Source: Lingula anatina (taxonomy: Eukaryota > Animalia > Brachiopoda). Taken from it: a stretch of DNA of 64,000 nt. This document shows, in pieces, positions 29,940-42,362 of this stretch (the stretch's first letter is position 1; the number at the start of each line of letters is the position of its first letter). The stretch is taken from contig CM120640.1 of NCBI GenBank assembly GCA_051362555.1, positions 44,308,788 through 44,372,787 on the forward strand. Direction: 5' to 3'. Below the pieces are notes generated by a model. The model searched no databases and was not told where the DNA came from. It saw nothing but the letters and a program-made list of their open reading frames with translations. The position numbers and the translations under genes are program-made.

Positions 29940-31063
29940 CATACACCAGTAGTGTACGCCCCAGCAAGTCTATCACTGCCTACTAATCAGTCCTTAGTTT
30001 CTACCCGATTCAACGAAATCAAAGGCAACTACCAGTACTGTGTATTCGAGAATTCACGGTTTCTAAATTAATCTGTTGTGGTCAGCGACGCACGGTTCAG
30101 TGGCTTATTGTTCTGTCGGAGAAAAACCATTTAAGTAGGATAGCAAGCGTTTTTAAGGAATGGGACCTTAAGGTGAAGACGGCTTTGTCACCTGTTTATT
30201 GCCCTCTGGACTCGAGTCCAGCGACAGGTGCACACTGGGCTTGCAGGGATCATAAATGTTGTTGTTTTGCTTGACCACCACCCCTGACTACGTAACCACG
30301 AAGTCTAAAGGCCAGAGGCTTAAAACTGACCGCGCCTTTACGGCCCTTGTTATTAAGTCGGACCTGGAAGATTTTTATTCAGGCGATCATTGTCTGTCAA
30401 CGCGAAGAGGCCAGACCTCTCATTCACCGTGGTATGTGAGCGTTAAACGCGTCATTATTAATGAACAATTTTGCTTTATACAGTAGGTGCAATACCGCCA
30501 CCTTCTTTAATGGGACTGAAAGACAAGGAATGAAAATATTGGGATTGAACTCAGTTACCTCAAGCTAACTCCATGTTATTCTTATAACTAGTGAATACAG
30601 TGACACATGTGTCACATAACCGACACTGTCATGAACGTATCTACTAGCAGGCATTTCCTTCGGCTTAAATTTCCACTGTATTATTTTGTTGTCTTATAAA
30701 GCTGGCTGTAGGGTATTAATTAAGGGTTTCATTACAGGAGGAGGTTTGCCTGGTCATTTTTTAATGCAGAGGATTCATTATTTTATTTGCAGATTTCTTC
30801 TCTTATGTTGCCCAGAAAAATACGATATTTCACGTCCTACTAACTCATTTGACTAAACTTTTAGGGCATATCCCGTCAGTGTCAGTCCTTGGGGCAAAGG
30901 TCATAAAATTTCTTTGGGCAACTTAAAAAAGAGATAATAAGATTAAATTCACCTAGATACAAATAATTAATACATGGATTATTAAGTCAGGTACTGGTAC
31001 TTCAATAGACTTATATCAAAAGCCGAGTGCCAAAGAACACCACATTCTTTTCAATACTTTATT

Positions 31064-31240
31064 CAGGTCCGTAGCCAGCAATTTCAAAAGGGAAGGAGTT
31101 CTTTTTCTGAAAAAGTGGACCTTTTACCATGGAACCTTCGTGTACCTAAATTAAATTTTAACCAGAGGGGACCTTTTTCCAGGAAAAAGGAGGGTTCTTT
31201 CTTTCCAACCCCCCCCCCCTCCCCCCAGACTACGGGCCTG
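31064..31240. mobile_element. MITE (non-autonomous DNA transposon, CAGG-terminated, hAT-like), 177 bp
   Basis: Imperfect TIRs CAGGTCCGTAGCC ... GACTACGGGCCTG. Flanks TTATT / CTATT form a 5-bp TSD with one mismatch. A poly-C tract lies inside the right end. Confidence 0.75.
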
Positions 31241-32067
31241 CTATTCAAACGTCAAGTACTCGTCCTTACGTAAAACCTCAAAAAGAGAACTTTAAAAAAT
31301 CAGCTATTGTGCAGTAACATGTCCGCTTGCATTAAACTTCTTCTCCAGTCACTGCATATAAACAGTGATTCTTCTTATAAAACACGACAACTTCGCTCTC
31401 AGCGGCGAACGAAACATCCCTTTTTATGCTGCAAATTACGCCGAGGAAAAAATCGCCCAATCGACGCAGAAAAGACTCTTAGGTTTGTCAGACAAAAATT
31501 ACCCCGTTGGGATCGTCTTTTACTTCAGTGACCTGAAGTCTAAATGTACCTGTTCACCCTCAGCCATCCTCACCCTGTCCAGCGCACACAAAGTGTGGTA
31601 TTGGGTTTGTTTGTAAGGTTGTATACCTTGAAATATGAGCCAAAGTTTTGATTTTATCCTTGATAAGAATGTAATGCAATTTAACTCAACATATTTATAC
31701 ACCGTTGACCCGGTTACTTGTCAAGACGTAACCTTTTTTACCTATCCATTCTTCTGGTTGACGAACCGGCAGGGCACAAACCTGTGTCCTCTGAACAGTG
31801 ATGCCGTCTGCATGTTTGCCCAGCAAATGCCCAACATAACTGAGGGGTTATTTTCAGACATAACTAAAATATGCAGACATTCCTCAAAACAGAAAAAGGA
31901 AATACATGCAAGAGTAACATAACTCTGTATATTTTACTTTTCCCTGTGATTGCTTTTCTCTTGCCCTTCGGTCACGTCCTTTGACAAAAGAAATAAAAAT
32001 GAGACGATTTTAACAGGACTTAAATTATTAAGCAGGCGCATGTATCCTCTGAATGAAAAAAGTTTGA

Positions 32068-32071
<4 letters not shown>

Positions 32072-32115
<44 letters not shown>

Positions 32116-32140
32116 TAGAGAGAGAGAGAGGAGAGAGAGA
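32072..32140. repeat. Compound (TG)n(AG)n microsatellite
   Basis: TG run followed by an AG run. Confidence 0.9.
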
Positions 32141-32710
32141 GGGGGAGAAGCAAGGGCGCGCGCCCTGGTTGTACACTTCTCAAATATCTAATCAGCGTTC
32201 CCAATTTATACGTATTTGATTTCTTTACCAACACAAAAAGAAAGATTATTCATGCCTAATCTTAAAATCGCAAGATTTATATCCCTGAGTCTGGAAGACA
32301 AGATGGTTTCATTAGTTCCCCACAAATTCGTCTCAGAGCTTAACAAGCTACAAGAAATAAAGAAACATTGTTGTATTTCCCATTTTGGCTCTACGACAAA
32401 CCAAGAATTAATTTAATCGGCGTAACGTGATCAGTTTGAGAAAAATAGACTAGATTAGACTGAATAAGTGACGTGATAAGAAGCGAAGGGCTACGAGATT
32501 TGTCGGGTTTATCGTCGCTAATCAGTCTGTTCATTTTTATTTTCCACGTTATTGAATTTTTAAGGCAGGTTAGTCACGCGTTTGCAACAGAAGGGAAAGA
32601 AGATTTATTTCACCAAGAATTTTAAAAAAATCAAGCATCGTTTTCTACACCCTTTTATTCGATAAAATCAATTGTGATTACGTGACGAATTCAATCAGCC
32701 GCTTGTAGGT

Positions 32711-32713
<3 letters not shown>

Positions 32714-32756
<43 letters not shown>
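32714..32756. repeat. (CT)n microsatellite
   Basis: Perfect CT run. Confidence 0.9.
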
Positions 32757-32761
<5 letters not shown>

Positions 32762-32963
32762 GACGGACAACATGCAATATTTTTTTTTACTTGTCATGTC
32801 AAGCAGACGCGTAAGAAGGGAATTCGATTGTGTCGCTCACCTGCTGCAATGAATGTCACCACATTTCATCATTCAAACACACTTCACTGCAGCAATCCGA
32901 ATGGAAAAATCCAACTCTCTGTGAAAGAAGTTAATCCAAACAAAATGCAATAACATTAAACGG

Positions 32964-33000
<37 letters not shown>

Positions 33001-33003
33001 AAA

Positions 33004-36000
33004 TCAAGCCTGCGAAAAGTTTTGAGTGCTTCGGCGATTCCTCAAAAAATAAAACAGACATGCGATCACCCCGAAAACAGTAAGTGCACTTACTCCTGTT
33101 ACGAATACGATAGGGAGGACATACAATCCCTGCTCAGCTTTGTCAGAGTTCACTACGGTGGTTTGTTCACTTACTGCTGACTGTAATGATAAGTCACCTG
33201 AGCCTGATGTTGGGATACCAGCTCTTTGAGTCGATGTGACAGAGCCATAGATGTGTTTTATCGTTGTTGAGACAACAGTCGAACTTGATACTTGAGAGGT
33301 GTAATCACTGGGACTAGGTGAAGAAAACACTGCGCCGGGGTTTATAGAAGGATTTGCTCGCTTTGTTGTGAAAACCAAGTTCCTTGCTGTAGACGTCTTC
33401 CCTAATTTAGTTTTAGCCAACCCTGTTGTCGTAGTAATTTTGGAATCTATTATTGCAGTAGATGTGTTGTGTTGAGTTGCTCGTGAGGCAGATGTGGTTG
33501 TTGTGTATGACACATCTACTGCTGGCAGCACCGTTGACATGTCTGGTTGTCTTGCTGACACAGCAGTGATTGTGTCGGTTTCATGGGAGATTCTAGTATT
33601 TCTAGTACTCATTGGCGTAGTTGTAACAGAAAATGCTGCTTTTTCTTGACTGGAAGGTTGTGTACTTGATTGCAATACCCCCTCGTCCTCTGTAGTTTTA
33701 AAAAATTTCTCCTTTGGTAACTTCGTGATACTTTTCCAAACTGCTGACGACACGGTCGGCTTGGCTTTTGACGTTGCAAGTGATGATCCACTCCGCACAG
33801 TTGAATGGGATTTAACATGTGACGTTGTCTTCATAAAGGACTCCGCTGACGATGTGAGATATGTAGACGGTGTAGAAAGTGGGTATTCATAGGTGATGCT
33901 AGAAGTCCCGGGTAAAATTTTGCCTGTGCTTGCAAGAGGTGAGGTAATCGAAGACTGAGTAAAAAACTTTGGTGAAAGGTTAGACGTTGGCATATCTTTG
34001 GTAGGCTGGTGTGTTGTTTTGCGGATGAACGTTGGTGTGACGGTTGTCATAGGTACAGCGGGTAGTCGGGTACGCGTTTGAGGAGGGATCGTCGAAATGA
34101 AAGAAAACGTAGAAATAGGTGTCGTCACCATGCGGGACAATGTTACCGTGGTGGGAGACGTAATAGTAGAAGGTGGAGTTTTCCTTCTATCCATTTCCTG
34201 TGTTACCGTCGACCTCTCATGTGCTGGTGTAACTGTCTCACTAACCCGTGTCAATTGTTCTGGTCGTCGACGTGACGTCGTATCTAAGAATATCTTTGCT
34301 GTTGATGTCTGATATCTGAATGACGTCATATGTACTAGAATTGATGACGTATCAGTGCTGGGTTTATTTTCTGTTGTTTGTGTTATAGGCAGAGAGGGCG
34401 CCAGAGGGGAGGCCGTGGAAGTAGAATATGAGCTAGATAAATCTCTTCCAGACTGTGAAGAGGTATCCAGCGCTAACGTTGACGCACGGATTGTGCTGGC
34501 GGTTGTTTGGACAGCGGGCGATGTCGTAAGCATTAACCTCGGAGTCTCTTTGTTTGGGACGATTTTGGTGGAACTTCTAGTGGACGGGGGCGTGGCTTGT
34601 GTGCCTCCAGTAGACGGTGGTGTTGGTTTATGATTTATTGTTGGAGCAGTGTTAAAATTAGAAGTTGTTTTCCCTATGGAAATATTTTCAGGTAACATTT
34701 CAGTTGTGCTTTGGTGAGCAAACGATGTACCGGGGAAAGAAATGGTCGATTTAAGCGCTAAGGTCGACATTTTAGACGTGCTACCTATAGTTTTCAGCGT
34801 AGATTCGCTAGTTAAAGTAAGTACAGGCGGCGTGGTAAACGTTGGTTGCAGCTGCGAAGTCTTGTGGATTGTCACTGGCATGGTACTGTCATTGGAATGT
34901 GTATGGTCTGTAGAAGAACTCTTGGATTTCATGTCAGTAGCCTGTGTACGAAGGATAGAAGTCTCAAGGGAAGAAGTTTCTACATTATAAATAGGTGACG
35001 TATTTAAAGGATTTTGGGCTGAAATTGGCGTGGTTCTGACAGTAGTGTGAATCGCCTTGGAAGAATTCCACGGTTTTCCCTTACCTGCAGTGTATAGAGG
35101 AAGGGTGGTCGCAGTCAACCCAGGCGTTAACTTAGGTTTTGACACAGACTCAGTGGTTGGACCGCTAGAAGAGTGTGGCGCAGTTTTTCTGCTTAAATCT
35201 GTGTTCAACTTTGCAGTAGTGGGTTCAAGTGCCGAAGGGAATGATTTAGGGGCTGTCTCCGTTGTATGCATCCGAACTGACGACATTTTAAGAGATGTCA
35301 CCGCTCCTGTAGGTTTACTGGATATATTCCCAGTAGATTTGCTTAGAAGAGTTTTACTCGTAGTCTGGACCAAAATCTTAGGCGTGTCACTTGACTTAAT
35401 CCAAGTAACTGAGGTCTCTGTGTTTGTAGGCTTAAACACGGGCATCGAAGCTGACGCAGAAAAGTTTAAAGTAGGCTCATCTGTGGTCGCTTTAAGTGTA
35501 GTGTCGTAGTTAAGTGATGGTGTGGCATCTACGCCAACAGATGAAGTCGAAATAGAGGCAGTCGTTATTGTGGGCGTGGAAGTTGACGTAGTTGACGTAG
35601 TATTCAAAGAGGGCACATCTGGAGTCACTGTCACCATGCTCGTTGTCTCGGTAGGTAAAGATGGTGTGACATTTGTGTTAACAAAGTAGGTGGAAGATGG
35701 TGTTGTGAGTATTGGAGAAGACGAACCGGCAACTGCAGAATTGAAAGAAGAATATATGTTATAGGTAGTCGGACTTGTGGGACTTTGAGAATGAAGAGCT
35801 TTTGTCGTCATTTCTCTCGTTTTCATGGTGGCGTAAGGGGTTTTAGTGAACAACGATGTCGTCATCTTTTGCGTTTGAACTGAAGAAGTGAAATTATCTA
35901 CCGGTACGGTCGTTGTCAACGTTGTACTATGGATGGATGATGGAAGGCTATTCGAACTAGTGTTCTCAGATATTGTCCTAGTGGTCTGTTTACCAGTAGA

Positions 36001-38273
36001 AAAGCTGATCTCTGAGGAAGCTGAATCTACGGTAGGAGACGCATATCTGGTTCGTTGTGTTGAGGTTTCGTAGGATGATCTAAATGTGGTTCTTGTACTA
36101 GGAGTCTCAGACGTTTTGATAGTGGGTAGAGAATATGGTGAGGTCCACGAATTAGTAGAAAGTGTAGCAGTCACCGAAGTTTTAGAACTGCTTGCAATTT
36201 CTTGCGTCGTTGTTTCACGCGATTCCCTGGGTGACATGTTGGTAGTGGTGCTAGTGATCGAAGGTAACATCTTCTCTTTGTATTTTCGAGAAAGTGTATT
36301 TTCACTGCTGGAGGTAGCTTTATTCACGGGCATCGAGGAAGACACAGTAGACTTTTCACTAGCAACCCGAGGCGTAGTTTTGGCAAACAGCAATGTGCTA
36401 TTGTAAACTCCCGCAGTTGTGGGACTTTCGCACTGCCCTAGTTTGAGATCATCGACAGCGATATCACTTATCGGTTGTCCAGTTATATCCACAGCCTCCA
36501 GAACTATCTAAAACAATTAATAAATATTCTTGTTAATGTTTTCTATGCCTCTTGAAATCAAAGTCAATGAGAAGCTTGGGTTAATCTATCTACTATGTAG
36601 ATATAGTATTAGTCTGGCCTAGTAGAATGGTTAAATGGTAAAGGCTTTGTTTAACAATTTTTTACAAAATTAGAACTGGTGCCGTCAGATGGGCGGACAT
36701 GCCGTTTGTTAAATCAAATATAACAATTTAATGTTCTTAGCAACTTTATTATGATAACAGAGAGACCTGGAATGACTCATTTAACTGCGGTATGGCCACT
36801 GTTCCTTTCGTCCACTGATCTCCATGGTTTCCACGCGTACTAAATACGGTGTTATTGGCTATTGTCTTTGTTGTGATGTATATATTTAGTTCACCAACAG
36901 CTGGAAGTAAACAAATCTTTTACTACAACCATTTAAACGAGGCATGCTTGTCAAAGATGTCCATGTTCAATATATTCCCTTTCAACTACAGGCTAATGTA
37001 AAATGAAAAACTGAATTGGGACATCTTTCACGCAACCAAAACATTTCCAATGGTAAACATTAAATTTACAGTATTCATATTCTGTTTTAACTGATGTCCT
37101 TCTGTAAAACTTGGGGGAAAACAAGCGCATATTTCATGTTAACCAAGTGCTTCATAATACGAAAACCGTGCTTAAATGATAAACGACAAGCTTTAAATCT
37201 ATGTGTGGATAAAAGGGCCCACTTCACATCTTTATCGGGACACGTTTACAGAACTATCATAGGTTATCTTTTAAATTGTTTTATGATTATCATCTAATAT
37301 TTACCATCGTGATTCTTGAGACCAGAGTCAAAAGGTTTGTCAAACATGTGGTACCAAAATTCAAAACAACTACTGCTCAAATTCGCTTGGAAAACGGGTG
37401 AAAGAAGTCGAATCTTATCCCCCTGCTTCATGGGACTTGATTCCATGTATATGTAAAAACCTGGAAGGAAATAAAATATCCTCAAAGTTTACAAAACATT
37501 TTTTCCAAAGAGAATTAATAACCAAATGGAACGCATTTGTAAGAATTAGACATTTTTGAAAATTGTTTGAGGGATTTTAATCTTAAAAGAGAGAGAGAAA
37601 GATTTTCTCAGGATGAACCGACATCTTTTCGTTGATGAGTTACAAACCTGTCGTTGTATTTGTAGTGTGGTCCACATTTGGTCCAGTATATCGCGTGGGT
37701 GTCCTTCCTTTCCACCTCTTCCAGTTTCCTTTGTCAAACGCGATATCTTGTGACCAGCCGCAAAACCCGACTTCAAAGTCGCAACTTTCGTACACGTTGT
37801 GGCCTGCTGCGTTTCCTACGTCATAGCAATAAACAAATTTCACTTACCGATTTGTTCAATCTATCAGGAACTCCATGAACACAAACAGAAAGACAAGCAG
37901 AAGAACAATAGAAATAACATACTGTTCAACTTAAAACAATCGGTCTTCTATAATATCGCATTCATTTAAGAATAAATTGAGGCTCTAAGATTCAGCACAT
38001 TCCAAATTATTAGATTTTACCTATAATATGTTCCACATGTATATATGAAGTAATTACCAACTGTAGTAAATCTTGGCATAGTATGTAAATATACAGTGCG
38101 GTGAAACTCGCTTGTGGTGTCAACGTGCTGTGAATATTTTATATTGACGGAAAATATCCGCACGCACGCGCTCACGTTCACATACGTTAACTAATATAAA
38201 TTCCCGTACCTGAGATAAACAACCCTCTCACATGGATGACGAACACAGCAACAACAAGAAAAGATGTGAACAT
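33004..38273 (-). CDS. MAM-domain / long mucin-stalk type I membrane protein (MAM gene 1), about 1341 aa, 5 exons
   Basis: Exons 38273-38210 (signal peptide MFTSFLVVAVFVIHVRG), 37815-37648 (CDFEVGFCGWSQ...TGPNVDHT), 37460-37305 (GFYIYMESS...CFEFWYHM), 36900-36767 (GELNIY...GNHGDQW) and 36507-33004 (IVLEAV...DIAVDDL, about 1100-aa S/T-rich stalk, TM LYVLPIVFVTGVSALTVFGVIACLFYFL, tail RNRRSTQNFSQA). All introns are GT-AG with compatible phases 1,1,1,0. The motifs match the MAM domain consensus. An alternative in-frame ATG lies at 38285. Confidence 0.88.
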
Positions 38274-39518
38274 GTCGACTGTCATCACAAGTAACCCTCA
38301 AAAAAGAATGTTGCGGTGCACCTGCGAAAATGGTCGCTTTAAAAAGAGGTTCACATCTCATGGAAACATAGAGACGAGCACACTTAATTCTAGTGAAATT
38401 TGACTTGTGGGCACAAACAATCTGGATAATGACGGGATTAAGTCCCTTTATTTTTGAATCAATTATCGATGTTTAACCTGTCCAAGAGAGTAGGTCGTGT
38501 GGCATGAATGGGGGAAAACGATAAGAGGAATAATTTTGGGTATATGTTGGGCGCTCAACACTTGGCATCGGTATTTTCTTTGTGGGAAAGATTTTATTAG
38601 ATTTTAATGTCGGTAGCAACATGACCTTGTGAGTAATTTAAACTTGAAATGACGACACTCGTTAGATAATGTGTTGATATTTTCAGATACATGTAGCATC
38701 TTTTTTTTTCATTTTGGGCATTTAATATTTTTCTTTCCCGCTGCTAAAGTCGAAAAGGCGTATTACTTTTCAGTATGCTCATATAAAAAGTTGTAATTTG
38801 AAATGCGCTGAAGGACTTTTTCCCAACGCTGGCAATTTTCTTCAAAATGATTTTCAACTCTAGATGTTGAATGCAAACATTTGCATGTACAAATCATTTA
38901 AGAAATGAATAATCATTTTATTTTGGGCGATTCTAGGTAAAACTTAAATCCTATGGATACTCCACTTAGCTCTTTTGTAGATCAAAGGAAAAACTGAAGT
39001 GGTCTATTTGTTTTTTCTATTAGTCCATCAAGTTTTAACTTTTTTCAAGATGATCCTTTGATTAGAAAATAGATACGAAGAAATATGTCAAAGTGAGTAC
39101 AAATGAGCATACTCCCATGTACATCGCACCAGTAGCTACATGTATGCATTTATGAATAATTCTAAGCTGTTGGCACAGCGCCTCAAATCTTAACCCTAAA
39201 TTCGACGGCCCGAGCTCGATGCCGACTGAGGACAGTATTGAGCAGTTATGCACATGTTTGGGACATACATATACTAAAGGTTTTCGTTATATTCCATTTT
39301 TTTTATTTATGAAGGTTTAATTAAATTGTACATTGTACATGATAGTGTTTATTTCGTTGAGTTTATTTGCTAGAATATTGGAAGCAAAATATCAATAAGA
39401 AATATGGAGAAGACAAGTCACTTTGGTACAGTGTAACGTTTCTTTACGCGAGGACGTAATCTATGACGTCACGCTGTTTTAAAGATTATGAAATACTAAG
39501 ATAAATTTAATGGCGATT

Positions 39519-42362
39519 TTAGTGGCCTTCAACCTTCACTGAGTTTCCTGTTATGACCATAGATGGCACTGGAGCCACTCTGTGTCCTTTTCGGATAAAA
39601 TACCAGAGTAGTAGCCCTGTTAAACCCATCAACACCAACCCTCCTAAGCTGGCTCCGACAGTTATGGGAACGATATTCTGTTGACCTCCTCCGCTTCCCC
39701 CAGTTTGCTTCTTGAGACCACTCTTACTTGTGTTGGTGCTATGGTTAGAAGCCGTTGTCCCAGACACTAGATGAGAAGAGCTCCCAGTTGTGAATTGTTC
39801 AAAAGTGGCGGTTGTGAAGACATTCCCCACGCCAGATGTGACCTGTTCTGTAGTTTTATCCAAGACAGGAGAGTTCGTAATGAGTTTTGCTAAAGTAGGA
39901 GCAATACCCCCAGAAGTGGTCTGTTTCAAAGCTCCAGAATTGCCTCTGGTAGTTCGCCTGGGAATAACTGATGTCATCTGAGTGATTGCCGTGTTGTGGA
40001 TTGGTGTGGTCGTGAGGCTGGCAGTAGTCATGCGGCTGGCAGTAGTCATGCGGCTGCTAGTGGTCGTGAGGGTGGCAGTGGTCGTGAGGCTAGATGTGGT
40101 CGTGAGGCTGGTTGTGGTCGTGAGGCTAGGTGTGGTCGTGATGGTGGCTGCGGTCAAGGTGGTGGTTTCAACGGTTGTTGTTGACCTGTTACAAACACCC
40201 ACAGTTGTAAGACTTCCGCACGGCCCCAGCTTGAGATCGTCGATAGCAATATCACTGTTCGGCTGACCAAATATGTCCACAGCTTCTAGAATTATCTACA
40301 GCAAACAATAGAAAAATTATTTACTTGCTACACCGTATATACATGTAGTACATCTTCTAGAGTTCACACGTTTTGGCTTATTTACCTTTTAATATGGACA
40401 TTACACACAAAATTCTTTCATCAAGTGGTGATAAGCAAAATATTTATATTTTATTTCATCGCCAATCGTTATCTGTTCTATCATATACCGTAAAAAGCAG
40501 ATTTACTACGTATTATTTACATGCATTATTTACTACGTATGTCATAAACTACGACAGTTGCTAAGATACTTGGAGTAAAACACACCTGAAATGAGTCATT
40601 TAACTGTGGTATGGCCACAACCCCCTGAATCCATCGGTCTCCGTGGTTTCCACAAGAATTAAATGTGATGTTACTGGGCAGGGCCCTCGTTGTGATGTAA
40701 ATATTAAGTTCTCCTACAGCTGGAAGTGAATAAATCATAATGTTTACCATTGTTTGTGTCGCAAAATGTGCCTATGGCTGTATCTCCATTCAGACATGAA
40801 GACAAAACTGAAGTTTCTAATTGCAAGTGTTCATCATAGCATTAGACTTAACATTAAATTTTCAGTTAAGCCTTTATAACTTGAAACTGATATCGATCGT
40901 TGAAATCTGTCGAAATAGAGAGGAAATCCTTGAATTGTGATATTTAATATACATGTATAAGTGTTGCGTAAAACTAAAATCATGCAGTAGATCTCTGAGT
41001 TTATAAAAGTCCATCAATCCATGTTATCAAGGTATAAGTTTACAAAACTATCACATGCTATCTTTTAAGATTGTTTTATAATTGCCACTTTATATTTACC
41101 ATCGTGATTCTTGAGACCGGAGTCAAAAGGTTTGTCAAACATGTGGTACCAAAATTCAAAACAGCTATTACTCAAATTCACTTGGAAAACAGGCGAGAGA
41201 AGTCGAATCTTATCTCCCTGCTTTAGGGGGCTTGATTCCATGTATATGTAAAAACCTGGAAAATTAGAATATCCTCGAAGTTTAACCATTTTTTTTTCAA
41301 AGAGCTTCAAGATCACTCAATTTATTTTTTCTGCCAAAACACTAAACCAATTGCATTTCAAAAGCTTACAAAACACGTGGCAAAAATAATTTTCCCGGAA
41401 ATTGCAGTAATTTTTCCGTTGTCGTTAAGGTCTAAGACGCATGATACATACTCGTTTTCAAGCTCTTAGTTTCTAATATTCACAGTCGCTGGTGAAATTA
41501 AATATCATCTCTCTCTTTCTTCATAACGAGACTGGCATAACAATAAAAAACTTAGAATTCAGTCGTCTATAAATCATGATTTGTAAACATCATAACACTA
41601 TTAAATATGGTAGGCCTATACCTTTGTAATTAAAGTCAGTTTTGACATTTGCAGGAAAGTTAAAGTGTTGCTATAAAAAGGCCAAACGCTAAACGTATGA
41701 ATTTATTAATGCAGAAAGCTTTTGATTTTAATAAAAACAGAACCAACATCTTTTTATATTTGACCACAAACCTGTCGTTGTATTTGTCGTATGGTCCACA
41801 CTTGGTCCAGTATATCGCGTGGGTGTCATTCCATTCCACCTCGTCCAGTTTCCGTCGTCAGACGCAATGTCTTGTGACCAGCCACAAAATCCGACTTCAA
41901 AGTCGCAATTTCCGTACACGTTTTGGCCTGCTACATTTCCTACGTCATAACAATAAACACATTTTACTTACCGGTTACTTTGTTGATTCTATAGTCCATT
42001 AGAAACTTGATGCAAATGAAAGAAAGGCGAACAAGAGAAAAACAATGGAAATGACATATCGTTTAATTTGAAATATTTGGTCCATTTCTTTACAATATTT
42101 AAAAAATACCGGTCGTACCATGTAGTATGATCCGACGCAATTCAAATTTGTTCACGTCAATAATTAACTCTGGGGAATTTGTATTAACATGTCTATATAT
42201 GTAAATACTATGTACCAAAGTGCTATGGATATTTCATATTGAGGAAAATATTCGTACGCACAGTCACGTTTGCATACTAAACTAATATAAAATACATGTA
42301 CCTGATATGAACAATCCACTTATATGGATGGAGAATGCAGCAGCAATTAGAAATTTTAGCAT
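39519..42362 (-). CDS. MAM-domain / short mucin-stalk type I membrane protein (MAM gene 2), about 431 aa, 5 exons
   Basis: Exons 42362-42302 (signal peptide MLKFLIAAAFSIHISG), 41939-41772, 41255-41100, 40719-40586 and 40295-39519. Internal exon sizes 168/156/134 are identical to gene 1. MAM motifs present; T-rich stalk of about 180 aa; TM IVPITVGASLGGLVLMGLTGLLLWYFI; short tail. Confidence 0.88.
40003..40146 (-). repeat. Coding 18-bp minisatellite (6-aa SLTTT[TSA]/SRMTTA units) in the MAM gene 2 stalk
   Basis: About 7-8 tandem units of GTGGTCGTGAGGCT-type sequence. Confidence 0.85.

Noticed and set aside
815-32416. Dozens of 60-160 aa ORFs in the first 32 kb, including 9544-9966
   Set aside because: No recognisable domains or consistent splice chains. 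Many start at non-ATG codons or translate microsatellites (YIYI, CVCV, SVCL). Expected by chance.
34078-36406. Plus-strand Val-rich ORFs opposite the mucin exon (also 39790-40266 and 57329-58100)
   Set aside because: Antisense shadows of Thr/Ser-rich coding sequence.
37848-37860. Possible micro-exon before a GTAAGT conserved in MAM genes 1 and 2 (paralog near 41972)
   Set aside because: Lengths of 13 and 17 nt break the frame, and the following intron would be only about 32-44 nt. The similarity is explained by recent duplication.
32966-38273. MAM gene 1 as a processed retrocopy because of the adjacent poly(A)
   Set aside because: It retains four introns shared with gene 2, and no TSD flanks it.
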